A stretch of DNA of 64,000 nucleotides from contig CM030337.1 of NCBI GenBank assembly GCA_017654855.1, forward strand, positions 3,224,001 through 3,288,000. Reading direction: 5' to 3'. Under the pieces are notes generated by a model. It had not been told where the DNA came from, searched no databases, and saw only the letters and a list, made by a program, of their open reading frames with translations. Position 1 is the first letter of the stretch. Each line of letters begins with the position of its first letter. Both the position numbers and the translations under genes were made by a program. Origin of the DNA: Podospora anserina (Eukaryota). Shown here one piece after another: positions 63,373-64,000 of the stretch.

Positions 63373-64000
63373 CCGCGTGGCTTGACAAATAATTGTGGAC
63401 GGTGGAAAACAGCGCAGGCCGTGTGGCTTTATCAGGTTACACTGTACCTCATAGCTACCAACATCTAGGTATTTGGCTTAGCTAAAAGATTAGGGCATGG
63501 CTAGAGCTGGTGCACCCGTGTAAATAATAATGTTGAGCTGCGGCCGAGCACGAGTTGATGTTTAAACGTTGATTCATTGCCACATTACACTCTAACGCTA
63601 GTTCAATTATTCTCAAAATAGGGATCCAAAGGTGAAAGTCGAAAATATCACTAAGGTTAACGATCAAGCAAATGAAACCGAAACAAAATATATTTAAATA
63701 ATACTCGTAGTAATATCCTTATTTTCATCTTTCTTTTCGTCGTGAATCGAGTGTGGATATTCAATGATGTATGCCTATATGTTACAACCTGCACCGGGAA
63801 TGGATACAGACTGCAAGGCAGTACGCCAGAGGTGAATATGACAGGAAATCGAAGGTTGTGACAAGCGTCTCAGACAAGGGGTTCACTGTCAACAACAGGT
63901 CGTTCTACAAAGAACTACTTGAGAGTAGATTGTAGACAAATGAACTTGATTGCTTGCGTGAGGAATCAGATTCCTCGACACGGAGAGCGCTGGGCGCTCC

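Overview
Intron-rich fungal genomic DNA with strong repeat-induced point mutation (RIP). It looks like a Sordariales filamentous ascomycete; the LTR style resembles the Podospora 'crapaud' family (inference). Left end: 3' part of a listerin/Ltn1 RING E3 ligase gene, an orphan gene and a HET-domain remnant. Main structural feature: one ~1.86 kb pogo/Fot1 DNA transposon is split into halves ~30 kb apart (6277-7438 and 37704-38407). Two direct-oriented Ty3/gypsy LTRs (7439-7876, 37285-37703) bound the intervening block. The same 5-bp target-site duplication, CTCTA, lies on their outer sides, and the transposase frame rejoins exactly across the gap. The enclosed cargo holds a divergent pyranose 2-oxidase / aldos-2-ulose dehydratase pair (candidate cortalcerone pathway), a truncated kinase-like gene, two MITEs and a HeLo-like/retropepsin-like protein. 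It also holds a RIP-destroyed P450, a PhoD phosphatase, a 274-bp tandem duplication, a small secreted beta/gamma-crystallin-like protein and a full-length, heavily RIPed chromovirus-type retrotransposon. To the right is a hybrid PKS-NRPS cluster (PKS-NRPS, P450, trans-enoyl reductase, MFS pump, GMC oxidoreductase) with a recurrent TCGGAG promoter motif. All calls come from motif recognition by eye; no database searches were run.
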